From Chrysomallon squamiferum (lineage: Eukaryota > Animalia > Mollusca): a stretch of DNA of 64,000 nt. The notes under the pieces were generated by a model, which made no database searches, was not told the DNA's origin, and was given only the letters and a program-made list of their open reading frames with translations. The position numbers were made by a program, and so were the translations under genes. The stretch covers positions 11,160,001 to 11,224,000 of the forward strand of contig CM022670.1 in the NCBI GenBank assembly GCA_012295275.1, read 5' to 3'. Below are positions 1 to 13,504 of this stretch, piece by piece. Every line of letters starts with the position of its first letter. Position 1 is the stretch's first letter.

Positions 1-203
1 GCAAAGGTTCATAACATTCATAAACTAACTTAAAATTTCTAATTATCATATAGTACTGCAGTCTTGATGCTAGGTTACAGTTTAGAATATTTTGAATATA
101 TTTGAATTTTTTTTGATTGGTAAACCTTGGGAAAAGTCTGACATTTTTTTAAATATTTGTTTTCTTTTAGGAAAAATTAAATACAAAATAAAAGCACTAT
201 CGG

Positions 204-242
<39 letters not shown>

Positions 243-987
243 TGTCTGTGGGTCTGTGTGCGTGTGTTTTAAAATAATCAGCATAACATTGTGTGGAGAA
301 CTTTAAAACCACAAACACATACCAAGTAACAAAACATTTTTGTTTCATGTTCATTTAATGTCATGACAATTCATTATAACTTATATAAGGTATTATGGCT
401 TAGCTGTGACTGATGATGATTACAGATTTGTTTGTTTTTTTAATAATTATGAATGATTTGCTAGGCTTTAGCATCTGATAAAGATTGTTGTAAGCTATGT
501 CTTATTTAAAAGACAAATAAATTATCTTATTAATTCAGTATTTCATTTTTTTTTTATATGACAGGAAACAACATTAAATGCATCATTATTTATTGTTTAC
601 TTGTGTATATATTATCTGCACAGTCCATATGAAATCAGTGCCACCATCACACTAATGCTTGCTAATGTAAGTTGTAACATACAGTTTTTTGTTTTATAAT
701 ATTAATAATAATAATATGGATTTATTTGATAATCCGTTTTATTCTGTTGTTGTTTTTTATATATTTATTTTATTTTATTTTATTTTTTTTTATTATTATT
801 ATTATTTTTTTTTTTTTTTAACCCTGCACTTAATATAATTATAAGCAACTGTTTTACTTATTTACACGGAAAAGCTAAAATAAATATGTTGATGATGAAT
901 AATTTGATTGTTGATGACATGCTTTTTAGCTGATCATTTTCAACAACTTAACACTAACATAAAAGCAACAGTATGTCCATAACACAA

Positions 988-1054
988 ATGATGACAAGTC
1001 AGTTCCTGAAGTATGTAACCATTATGATTAGGCCATGGGTTAATACGCCCCTGA
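988..1054 (+). ncRNA. Candidate box C/D snoRNA-like motif set (orphan)
   Basis: ATGATGA 988-994, CTGA 1006-1009, ATGATTA 1024-1030, CTGA 1051-1054 in C-D'-C'-D order over 67 nt; no terminal stem and no target recognised. Confidence 0.25.
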
Positions 1055-1422
1055 CAAGTAGTATGACATCCCCGTATAATCTGTGAAATCTTTCACATCT
1101 TTCTGTTTAAGATGAAATACAAAATCTTCGAACATAAAATAGTAAACTTTTAATAATCATGGAGTTGAGTTGACGATAAAACGACATTAATAGTATACGG
1201 AAACACCCTAAATTGGAGTATTAATCGTACTAAAACCCAATATATTGACTATTATTTGAGACATAAGCTAACTTTTTATAGAATTATATTAATTTAGTTT
1301 CAGACGACAACCAACCTTTCGAAGAATGTTCCTTAAAATTTCAAAACAGATAATATGATTTTTTAGAATAAAAAGTTTCACGTTGACGTATATTTGCACA
1401 TGCGTACAAATGTCAATAGGGA

Positions 1423-1451
1423 TCTTCCTTTTCCGGTCTGAACGGCATCAG
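1423..1451 (+). promoter_or_regulatory. RPL9: TCT initiator / 5'TOP tract and non-coding exon 1 of RPL9
   Basis: TCTTCCTTTTCC at 1423-1434 contains TCT consensus YYCTTTYY (TCCTTTTC 1426-1433, +1 at ~C1428); short exon ends CAG|GTAAAG at 1451/1452; typical ribosomal protein gene architecture. Confidence 0.8.
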
Positions 1452-2222
1452 GTAAAGTTCGTGTTATTTTGTGGAATCGCAATCTGACACTATTTTGTAA
1501 TTCTTGCTGCATCCATTATTTACTGATACTGTATGAAATTATAAATTTTCTCTTCTTTCATAATATAACAGTTTCTGACAGTATACTTTTTACGATAACT
1601 AGAAAACGTGTATATTAACACTCTTAATCTAATCGCAGTCATAAGGTGTCGATCATTATGAATATATATATATAATAGTGTACTTCAGCAGTGTGCATAA
1701 AAGTGAAACAATATTCACTTTCAACAGTTAAGTTTATCAATTCTGAGTTTGCAAATTTAAGCAGTTAATGAGATAAACTGTTATAACAATAAATATAAAT
1801 GTGTTTGCAAGCCTAAATAACATTTTGAAATGAAAATAATCCGTCAAAACATCCCCAGCAAACCCTGTCAAAATCTCCCAACCACTCACTGACTCAGCTA
1901 GAAATAAGTAAATGCTGTTAGCGTTAATCAAGTAAAACATGCTATTTAATTAGTGCTTTTATCATTGTTTTTATTTCACAGTGCTGTTAAAATGTAAATT
2001 CAAAGTAATAAATGGATTTACAAACATTTCAAGTACTTGCTTCCTGTTTTAAAGCTTTTTTCCGATGACAGAAAAGTTTGTGTATTAATTAATGCTAGTA
2101 ACCAACAAGACAACAATTTGAAGCAATATATGGCCACACATTAGTATAAATACCCTTTATGATCAGAACAGAAAAATAGACAAAACAGTTCTTGAGAAAG
2201 TGCTTCCATATAATAGAACACA

Positions 2223-2273
2223 GTGATGATTTCAATTGAACTTACGAGTTTGAAATGGGGATGTTTCAACTGA
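2223..2273 (+). ncRNA. Candidate intronic box C/D snoRNA in RPL9 intron 1
   Basis: GTGATGA 2223-2229 and CTGA 2270-2273; D box 77 nt upstream of the 3' splice site; short (51 nt), no clear stem. Confidence 0.25.
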
Positions 2274-2352
2274 AACAGACACCACTTAATGTAAACAAAT
2301 TTATTTATCATGTTAGCTTGTATTTATTTTTTATTTTTTATTTTTTTCAGCC

Positions 2353-3967
2353 ATGAAGACAATAATTACCACTGAGACGGTGTCAATTCCTAGTGGAGGT
2401 AATAGATTATTGCTGTACGATCACTTTGATGAAAAATATTATTCTTTCGCAGAGGCACCTGTATTCTGAATACCATTAAATATAATTTTGTAATTGTGTA
2501 TCTGTGTGTGCAAAAGTTCCTTTCTTTTTCCTCTTTTACTTTTATATGAGCTGTTATTTTTTTTTAATTATTTTTTTTTTGTAAATTCAAGCAGATGCTG
2601 CGGATCAGTCTGATAGTAAAATTACAGAGTTTGAAAAATATGTTAAATAAAACATCATTTCCTCATAAACATACACACGTATTGTTTAAATATTTCAGTC
2701 ACCGTGAAGGTGAAGGCAAGGAAGGTAACTGTAAGTGGCAGAAGAGGCACTCTGGTAAGAAGCTTCAGACATCTGCCAGTTGAAATGAAGATGGTTGGCA
2801 AGAAAACGCTGAAAGTGGACAAGTGGTTTGGCAAGCATAAGGAACTGGCTGCTACCAAAACGGTATGCTCCCACGTCGAAAATATGATCAAGGGTGTCAC
2901 AAAGGTAAAAATTAATCTTTTGTTTCGTTTTTTTTAAAAACTGATTCAATACAGGTACTTACTGATAGCCTGCTGGCATTTGTTGATGAATATAAAAGTT
3001 TCAGATGGTGTCTGATAAATAATTACATGCTTAGCCTGTGATGTACATGATTTGAAAGTTTATTTCTGTAACAAAAATAAAATGTTCTAGCATATGACTA
3101 AGACGAAAATACAGTTATTGCATTTATAATTATCTAGTTAAATTAATTAATAATGTTAATATTATATCGTCGAGACGAAATTAAACCTGAGCAGAGCAAT
3201 AACAAAAAAATTTATGTAGTGGTTTTAAAAAATGTCAACGTTGTGTAGACAACTTCAAGAAAACAAATATCATATTTAATTAATTTTTTTCTTCTTCTTC
3301 TTTCATCTTTTTTCTTTTGTTAATATGTTAATAATTTCAGGGATTTATGTACAAAATGCGTGCTGTTTATGCCCATTTCCCCATCAACATAGCCATATCT
3401 GATGATGGTACAAACGTGGAGATCAGAAACTTCTTGGGAGAAAAGTACACCAGACACGTCAGCATGCTGCCCGGAGTGAAGTTCTCAAACTCTAAAAACT
3501 TGAAGGATGAGTTTTTATTACAAGGAAATGATATTGAACTGGTGTCTAGATCAGGTAAAGTGAAATGTGATGAAGACGTTTACAATATCGGGTTAATACA
3601 CAGTTTAAACAAAATTCATCGTTATTTTTTTAATGAATATTTGAGTGTCTAGCTCTTGCTTTCTGCTACCAGAACTGTAAACTTTGAAAGTATAAATAAT
3701 ACTAGTAACAGCCCAGTTGGTTTTATGAAACTTACAAGAATGTGCGGGTTTTTTAATTATTATTATTATTGGTCAGGCTACATAATAAATTTATCAAGTT
3801 GTGTAATTATTAATTGAAATGCTTTTTTATGAAATGTTTTTAAAAAATAAATCCTCAATTTTTCAGCTGCTCTTATTCAACAGTCAACAACCGTGAAGGA
3901 TAAAGATATCAGAAAATTCTTGGATGGAATTTACGTTTCAGAAAAAACCATAGTTGACCAGGAATAA
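2353..3967 (+). CDS. RPL9: 60S ribosomal protein L9 (uL6), 188 aa; coding exons 2353-2398, 2699-2904, 3341-3554, 3867-3967
   Basis: Spliced translation [16 protein letters not shown]...[45 protein letters not shown]...RNFLGEK...[27 protein letters not shown]; all introns GT-AG, phases consistent, 567 nt total. Confidence 0.98.
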
Positions 3968-4030
3968 ATGTTGTGTGAAAAAAGACAATAAATCCGTTGA
4001 CAGTCTTTTGTCTTTGTTTGATTGTCTTCT
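3963..4030 (+). terminator. RPL9: RPL9 polyadenylation signals
   Basis: AATAAA overlapping the stop (3963-3968), second AATAAA 3987-3992, followed by a GU/U-rich tract ~4003-4030. Confidence 0.7.
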
Positions 4031-7000
4031 TTTCATAAAATGTTTGTGAAATCTTCAATCTTAACTATTAAATGGACATGGCGAAAAATGACAAAAGTTG
4101 AATAAACAAAATAGTTTTTTTTTAAAGTTTTTGACATGACTGTTTAGAAAACATACATAAAATGTTTACTCTTTCGGGTAAATATTTCAGTTTTTTACAA
4201 ATGGAAGTGCATATACAAAACGTTAAAGGTATGTAACATCACTCCTATAGGCATAACAAGTGGACATTTTTTTCTTTTGAAGTGTAAACAGATTAATTTC
4301 TTTGTTATTTTGTAAAAATACTTCTATATTGAATAATATATTGGTTTGGGTTGGAATCGTACTATAATGTTAAAATATATATATAAAAGTAACCATTTGT
4401 CATAAAAAAATAATCATTTTCACCATACATCCCCTTAAAAAAATGATTTTTTTTTTTTTTAAATTAACTGTTTTGCATCCAGGTTTGTTTAAAAGAAAGA
4501 CTAATAGCAACATGGATGTTTAAATCACTCTGAACACTGAAAAAATAGAAATGTAAAAATTTGTGTGCAGTCATTTTAGAAAAAAATATAATACATAGGT
4601 TTTACAAAAGGTAATTTTCGATCTTGAGATAACTAAAAAAATAATAAATTGCAAAGATGAGTATTTTTGTTCAGTCCATTATCAGAATGTCAAAAAAATC
4701 CATAAAGTATTCATCTGTTAAATTAATAAATATGCATAGACATTGCGAGATACTGACTGGTAGAAGAATTTTTTTTTTTTTTTTTTTTTTTTTACTATAG
4801 CTACTTGAAAATAAAAAATAAAATAATAAACCCTATAGGTTATTACATCTGTCTTCTAATACTTATTTTTTTTTATTACTTTTTTTATTATTTTTTTTTT
4901 TTTTTAATTTTTAATTTATTTATTTATTTTTGTTGAGAAAAGTAGCAACTGATAATGTCTCAAAAATATAATCAAGCTGAACATTCTTCAATGTCATGCG
5001 TGGCATATTTATATTTATATTCAATATGGGATTAGATTAGGATACAAAATTTTAATTTCTCCAGTAAACTCTGGCCTGGATCGAAGGAAATCGTTACAGC
5101 CCATTTATTTTTAAGACTGCTTTTCTCGTCAATACACCCGTTTCAGATTATGGTATGGACTGAGCATGCGCATTCTTATATTGTATACAGGAAGTCAAAC
5201 AGACAATATACCGATACGTGCTATGTCTATTGTTTTAATTGAAGAAAAAAAACCAGTTGATGTTTAGAAAATAACAATACGAAACTTTGCAAATGTGAGG
5301 AAAAAATCGCGCATTTTGGCTTATTAACTAGGTCGACAGTTCGTTGAATGGTGAAATAAAATTAAAATTATTAAACTGTCAGTAATTGTTAAACAATCTG
5401 AACAACCATCAACAAATAAAACGTCATTAAGTGAAAAAAAAAAAAAAAATATATATAGCTTATTGCATTGGCTAGTGAATGTATTTCATTTACTGTAGCT
5501 CCACTGAGCTCAGAATAAATGTTTAGGAACCATGGATCTGAGATTTAACTTACGTTGATATCGCCCAGGGCAAATTTAATGAAAAGGCGCTCCATGAAAA
5601 ATGAATTAATATATTTATATTTAAAGCATAAAAATGCCATCCTAAAGTTGTTGCCAGTAGCAGATTACTTATTCATTGCATGAATGACAGTGAGGTAGAT
5701 AAAATGTGCAATGATAAGTGTTATATATTACTGATCCACAAGCACGTAGATAATCCAAAACATTTTCTAAGTGAAAATGTTAACACTCTATCGGGGACGT
5801 AATAGACAACATGACAGTTTTCCAAGCTAGCATAAAAAATTACAGTATGTTTATGGATTGAAATAAATGCGGGTCCTGTGCGGGTCCCCATAAATAAGAA
5901 CTTTGAATATTCAGAGAGCGTCTTTTAAAAAGTACACCTCGACCTTCTGTTTAAAGGCTTTAAAACAACACATTATAGTCTATTTCACTTCTTTTGGAAG
6001 AGTTCCTGAAAATGTATTAATCATCAAAGAGATTTCTCTTTGACATTTTACATGGAACTAACACTGAGTAAGTCCTGCAGGATGAATCATTCACATGCAC
6101 GAAATGTATCATAATGAATACATATCTAAACAGAATTCCTGTCAAAAGAGATGGCATTTCCTTTGTTGAGTAAGAATGATGTCATTCTGTTTCGAACATA
6201 TGTTTTATATTTATGCGGAGATAAATCAGCGAATAAAATTGTTACGAATTATTGTACTTGCCATTTGCTTCTTTTTTCCTTCTTTTTTTTTTAAATCAGA
6301 AAATCTGACCTGATACACTATAAAATTAACAAAGTTGAAGATTCGGTGTTCTAAACCCGTAGGGCCCCAAAAACGACAATACTGTAGTTTTAATCAAAAT
6401 CTCAGATGTCCTGTCATTTTAAATTTATGATTATCTGCTATAGAATAACCCTACTGAAGAAGATAGCAGACGTTGCTGATGCTTTCGAAGGTCCCCAAAA
6501 TATGGTTCACGCTTCGGGGCCGCCAAAATAGGGTTCCGGCCTTTGATGAAAATACATAATGTAATTTAAACTGTACCTGTCCTTGTACGATTAAATAGTT
6601 AAATAAAGGTACATTTTAACCAATCATAATCGGTTGACTGAAAGTCAGGATGTAGTTTGTCAGTCTACCAATTGCACCCTAGCATGTAAATTATATTCAA
6701 AACAAACCTAGTATTTGGCAGCTTGCGAAAGTTGTCAAATGGTTTACATTATTACGCAGCTGAATGAAAACCGGATGAAAAGCTAGTGAATGTTCTGGAT
6801 AGCGTACGTGTTATTTGGATTATAAACAGATATCTAGCGAGAAACAAGAAAACGTCTGACGGATACAGATTTCTCGTTTTTTTTCATTTACAACATGTAA
6901 AACACGACTTGCTCTGATGTTGTTGATTGTCGAACGCGGAAGAGTTAGACGCCTACTCTAGTACTGATGGAACTCAGTAGTTTATTTCTTACAATACAGT

Positions 7001-8373
7001 CAGTTACAACAGTTCCTTCAGCATGTAAATTTTTAAATATATTTCTCAAAAGATATTGTAAAAAAAAAAAATAACATATGAATTTAAAATCACGTACGCA
7101 CGCACGCACGCAGACACACACACAAAACTGTGTCTGTGACTCATGGTTAATATTGCATATTTTTGTATTAGTTATTATAAATATTTTGTTTCTCTGAATA
7201 ATCATGAAATCTGACATATTTGTATGCTTGTATTTGTCAAAACGCCTCTTAATACTGACTGAAAATATCTTGAAATTTACCAGTCATAATATTACATTTG
7301 CCATGATGTTTAATTTCTTTAAAATGTAGCTTTCTTTTGCGTACAGATGAATTTCCATTTATTTAACAAAATATAAATCATAAAAAATCCCCAAATTTGT
7401 AGGCAATAATAATTTTATCACGACATATATTAAACATACATATTTTTCTTTCTTTCTTTCTTTTTGCTGCATTTTTTATTTCTCTTAAAACATTACAAAA
7501 GTGTTAATCTTGAAAAGTGAAAAATAAAATGAGTTCGCTTTCAAACAAGTGGATCGCTAACAAAGTATTTCATAGATTTCTTGATCTTGTTGTCTGAGAA
7601 AAGTTATTACGGATATAACCACTAATATTCCATCATAAACAAAAATAATAGTAAAGTTTTGTTTTTAAACTGTCGACCGAATAAAGACGTGTTCGAACCT
7701 TCATACAATTTTAAAAAAAATTTAATGACAGATTTCTGTGTAAAAATATCTGCTTCTTCTGTATTCGAGTTAAAATATAATTTGTATTTATTTTTGTGTG
7801 GTTTGGTTAATAAAGAAATGTAATGTAATTTTTTATTATTTTTTTTATTTATAATTTATGATGATCTGTCGTAGAACAGTCCCAATCAAGAAGACAAAAG
7901 TATTACCCAAACCTCAATGGTGCAAAGAACATAACAAACATTTCAAGCTGTTAAGAAGAGATAACAATTGTTTTTCCTTTCAGATATAACTCTTTTCTTT
8001 CTTTTTTTCCCACCGGAAGTCACTGCATTTTGTTATTGTTCCTAAACTGTAAAAATTAACTATTTTTGGTATATTTCTGCAACATTTTTTGTCAAAGAAA
8101 AAAAAAAACAATTTTACACCCTACTGTATAATTTTATTTAGACAATAATTTTTTTTTTTTTTTTTATAAAAAGATGTAATATAATGATTACAGTAATACT
8201 AATAATAACGATAATGATTATGATGACAACAAAAACAACAATAACAACAACAGTAATTATAAAAAAAAAAAATGGGAGATGAAATATAATAATTACACTG
8301 ATACTAATAATAACGATGATGACAATGATGACAACAAAAACAACAATAATAATAATAGAACTTTTCAGATAGT

Positions 8374-8413
<40 letters not shown>

Positions 8414-9318
8414 AGATGAAATACAATGATACTAATAATAACAATGATAATAATGGTGACAACAAAAACAACAACAACAACAGCAACAACAATAATACAA
8501 TTATATCACGTCTACAGCCAAACATGTATTGAAATGATGATCACAAGACTGCTGTAATAATATGTTAACATTTGGCAAAAAGCTGGTTGGGCGTTTCACC
8601 ACACACATCTATGTCTGCGTTTAGGTCAAAGTAATCTTAACAAAAGGTGAAACTAACACGGACGAGTCCTAACAAACTATATTTATTTTAAATGACAAAA
8701 ACTAGATCTTTTTTTCTTCTCTTTGTTAAAAAAAAAAAAAAAAAGATTTGATAATATTAAATGTCATCAGATGTGAGGTCATTTTTACGTCATTACTGGA
8801 ACAAAATTGATGTCCGCCGGTCGCTCGCAACAAACTGCATCCCCTACAGCGTAAGTGGGACGCACCTATTCTTTTATAAGTATTCTTTATAAAGCTTTGG
8901 TGTATTTTGATCAAAAAACACTACTACGATGTGTGTACGAGTGTGTGGTCAAAAACTGCGCCAATTACAAGACTCCTGAACAATGTCGATACTCTTTTAT
9001 TTTCAAGCTCTTTTCTCAGTCCAGTAAAAGTAATACTGAGTGAATGTTTTAATCGCTGTTCCAAGGAAATATAAGGTAAGTCGTTTATTAAACAGGTGAC
9101 AGGTGCTGTCTCGGTAATACAAATGACAGTCACTTCCTACTTTAAGTTGGTTCTCTTCTTCTGATTACGTGAATGAAATTATTCATAATGTGGTAGAGTT
9201 TATCTGCATATTTAATTAATCAAAATTATGGGAAAATAAGATAAGGAATACAAAAGAAAAAAATTCGTAGCAAAAGAATTGTTTAGATAGTTTATGGACG
9301 TCTTCTGTTTTACATTTT

Positions 9319-9321
<3 letters not shown>

Positions 9322-9408
<87 letters not shown>
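9322..9408. repeat. (GA)n microsatellite
   Basis: Perfect dinucleotide run. Confidence 0.95.
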
Positions 9409-9409
<1 letters not shown>

Positions 9410-11096
9410 ATAATGTTCCCTGATGCAGTATTTTAAAATTTAAATTATGTATTTGCAATTTAAACATTTTGTTATTCTTCATTTTATCAGAATTATTAAT
9501 TATTTCGATTTCATACCATTGAAAAAACATATATATATATATTTTTTAAAATCTCAAGCACTCTCTCTTTGACGCAAATATTACTACACCCTCAAAGGCA
9601 AATGAATATTTAATAATGTTCAGTCTTTGAAAAAGCTTATAGAATATTGATAAAAAAAAAACCAACTTTTGAATTGCGTACGTAATACCTAACAAGAATA
9701 ATTATTACTGTTCTATTCTGTATTTTTTTGAATTGTTGATAATAGAGATATTTTCAAAAGGTCACAAAGGGTGTCAAAACCGGAGCGTCACGTTATAAAC
9801 GATAGTTACAGACTCGTTAATGTCGCCAGTGTGTACACACACACTTGTTTTTTAAATCACGGTTATCGGGACTGCTTCAGAGGGCGTGATTCGAATTTGT
9901 GTGAGAAACTCTTTCCACCACAAGGACACTTATACTTTAATTCCAGTTTAAAAGATTCACTTAGTTGCTTTGATGTTTAAATGATAAACTGCAGATGTGC
10001 AAACAAAAAAAAGAATTGCAAACAGCCAATTCCGTTCTGAACATAGAATTTTTGGGGGAAAAAAATCGTGAAATTTATAATGTGAAAAGTAGATTCGATG
10101 AATTAAAAATATATGTTCAAAATAAAAATAAAAAAATAAGATAAAATGAAACGAACTGAAATGAAATTAATAAAGTGAAATAAAAAAAATAAACTAAAAT
10201 AAAGTAAAGTAAAGTAAAGTAAAACTAAACTAAATTAAATTAAATTAAATTAAATTAAATAAATAAATAATTGTTACTTCTGTTTTAAAAACGATTTCTA
10301 CTGTGATCACAGTACATGATCGCTTTCATCAATTTTGGGTTTGGTCTTGTTGATTTACATCTTCTTCAGGAATTAAAAAAAACCTTCAAAATTTATTATT
10401 TTATAACACTTGTTGCGAATAAATTCATTTGGCTTTTATCTGCCGAAAAAACGACGAACACTTTAAAAAAATATACCCACTCATAAAAAAAATTATACTT
10501 GAAGAGAAAAAAATAAATAAATAAAATCAACATAAACTGATATTTTTTTTATCTTACTACAATTATAGATATTCGTGACATTGTATTAAGATACTGCGTT
10601 GGCTTTTTAGACTTTTAAGATATCACAAATGTCGGAGAAAAAAACCTATCAGACTCTTAAGTATGCAACCTTTACTGTTGTTTATACGAGTTTAGATTGC
10701 GTTTGTAAAGTGCACTTAGGTTTTCTTCTGTAGCATCTGCACATTGGGATCCCGCTGTGTATGTGCATGGGCGTGTGTATTTATATATATATATTAATAT
10801 GTTGATATATGATTTCGTATGTGTGTGTTGCGCTTATTTAAGAGAAATAAGAAGAAGAAGAAAAAAAAAATATATATATATATATTTATTTAATGTATGT
10901 CATGATGCAATTATTATTTCCTACATATTTGGGGATTTTTTTTTAGATTTATATTTTGTGATTCGAGAGTATTTTTATTTGATATTAGTTACATATACAC
11001 ATACCTATATACATACATATGTACGTACATACATACATTCGTACGTATACATAGACACACACACACACACATACATACATACATACATACATACAT

Positions 11097-11330
11097 GGTT
11101 GTCTCGGAGGCCGACCGGTAACAGCGTCCACCTTCGGAGTGCGGGCGAATGGATGCCTAACGTTCGAGTCTCGTCAGCGGAATCTGACGGGTTTGTGAGG
11201 TCGTGATTGAACTTTGTCCTCCTGCGCCAGTGCTTTCGAGAATATGGTCTATGTGCAGAGTCTATTCAGACGTACGTAAGACAGAGAATATTCAAACTCC
11301 TAAACTACATACATATATACATACATATAC
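11097..11330 (+). mobile_element. tRNA-derived SINE
   Basis: GC-rich head with A-box-like AGGCCGACCGG (~11108-11118) and B box GTTCGAGTC (11162-11170), unique body, 3' (ACAT)n tail; sits inside a (TACA)n microsatellite. Confidence 0.65.
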
Positions 11331-12022
11331 GTATACACACACACACTCACACACACATATATACATATACATATATACACACATACATACATATACATAT
11401 ACAAACAGACATACATACACAAAATGAATTTCAAATTGCTAACATATTCTACACTTGCATACCTAAACTTTTCTTTCTCGGTATCTTTTTCAGCACACCC
11501 TTCTACCTTGTAAATAAATCTCACAAATTTCACCACAATTAAAATAGTCCTTCCCGTTAATTCTGGGTGTGTGCATACGCTTGTGCAATCTAGATGTTGG
11601 TCGCGGTATTTCACAGATTCCAGCCTTGCGTAAATCAGTGTACTTTCTCGGGTAGATCAAACAAAGCAGACGACAAAGACGAGTGTGTGTATGGGGAGGG
11701 AGGGAGGGTGACAGCAGTTCTCGAGTGACAGGGAAAGTATTCAGATCTTTGACAGACGGAGACTAACAGAATCAAATAACAGCGTAAAGACGGCATTCTA
11801 TGTGTTATATTATACACTAGACATCAGGCTCATGTTCGTCGCCTCTGTGTGTGTTTTTTTAAATCGAATTTTTTACGTATGTATATGCGAGTGCGTGCCT
11901 GTATGGTGTATGAATGTAATGTGTGTGTACTCGTGTATGCATGTACGTAGGAACGGTTTAACCTGTGTTTGAATGTATGTATATGTATATGTATATGTAT
12001 ATCTATCTATCTGTCTATATAA

Positions 12023-12129
<107 letters not shown>

Positions 12130-12902
12130 TTTATATATATTTTTATGTATGTTTATATATATGTCTTTATGTATGTATACACATTCATACATACATCACA
12201 TACGTTTAAACATATATATATATACATATACGCACACACTCACATATACATGTCTATGTACATGTTTATGCAAGTATGCACAGTGCGGGTGTTTGTGTGT
12301 TTGCATAATGTCTTGTTCATGATGTCTTGCTATATTTATACAAGGATTTTATTTTAGAGGTTTTGTTTACCTTTGAGATACATGTTATAAGTACTTGTTA
12401 TATAATTTTATTTTTATTTTTTTTTTTATTTTTTTTTTTTCACTGTAACGGTTATCTGTATTATTATAATGCAACATAATCAAAATGTGACCCAGTATAA
12501 ATTGTTATTTTTCTGTGGATAAAACGTGACCTCATTCAGATTTAAAGTAGACTCTTTTATTTTATTTTATTTTATTTTATTTTATTTTTTATTATTATTA
12601 TTATTTTTTTAATTTAAATTTACTCTTTAAATTATTTACTTTTTTTCATTATGGAAGTCTGTTGAAGTTTATTTAATTACTTAAACAAAATCTACTAATA
12701 ACTTTTACGTATTTATTAGACAATTGTTATTAAGAGTTGCGTCCCTTCCGTAATAACTAATTCTTTTTTAATACCTTTTATATCTTAATATAATAAAACA
12801 AAACAGTAGCTTCACACATATTTAAAAAAATAAAGTGTAAAGTAGTTATATAATACTGAATAGAAATTAAAATAAAATGCTTAATTTAATTATATCACTG
12901 TT

Positions 12903-12955
<53 letters not shown>

Positions 12956-13083
12956 TAATAATAATAATGACGATGACGATAATTATGACCATACGACGAC
13001 AGCAACAATATGTATATTTACACACCTGATTAATTAATCTTCTTACAAATTTATTTAAGGATAATATTTTTCAGTTACTGACA

Positions 13084-13175
13084 ATGAAGAAGATACTACT
13101 ACTGCTACCACTGCTGCTCTGTGCTGCTTTTGCTTCAAGATACATACCGCGTCATTTGAGAAGATACGCTCAAGG
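13084..13175 (+). CDS. Alternative first coding exon A (signal peptide) of the periostin/TGFBI-like gene
   Basis: Acceptor TTTTTCAG| at 13074, ATG 13084, MKKILLLLPLLLCAAFA-SRYIPRHLRRYAQ-GG|GTAAGT; phase 2 joins exon 18604 to give ...YAQGPNVC. Confidence 0.85.
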
Positions 13176-13459
13176 GTAAGTACTTCTATCTGTTTTTTTG
13201 ATATAAACGAAAAAAATAAAAATAAAAACATTTCAAACTCTCTTAGAAAAATTAGGATCATCATAAATTGCATCTGATATCAAACACTTAGAATCTGTAA
13301 ACTAATAATTCAACAGCTGTGAGAAAAACAGTTCAAACATCAGCTTACTGCGTAATATATTTTATCGTTAATAATAATTAATTCGACTGTTCAGTTATGT
13401 AGTGGTATTCTGTTGTTTTTTGTTGTTGTTGTTTTTGGGTGGGTTGTTTGGTTTTCATT

Positions 13460-13504
<45 letters not shown>

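Noticed and set aside
875-935. ATGA...TGAT hairpin as a SECIS element
   Set aside because: The stem between the putative quartet halves is too short, and no selenoprotein ORF is nearby.
2457-2957. 9-nt complementarity between RPL9 introns 2 and 3 (ACCTGTATT/AATACAGGT)
   Set aside because: Expected by chance for introns of this size.
3640-3790. H/ACA snoRNA in RPL9 intron 4 (AGCC...GGCT-ACA)
   Set aside because: Only a 4-bp basal stem and generic boxes; the two-hairpin fold could not be supported by eye.
5530-6546. Harbinger/hAT-like remnant with GGGCCCC-type motifs
   Set aside because: No matching pair of TIRs or TSD could be defined.
8836-8872. Hairpin TGCATCCC...GGGACGCA, and GGGACATAACT...AGTTATGGCCC at 25271-25313, as Helentron-type ends
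   Set aside because: Suggestive only; element boundaries and second copies were not found in the window.
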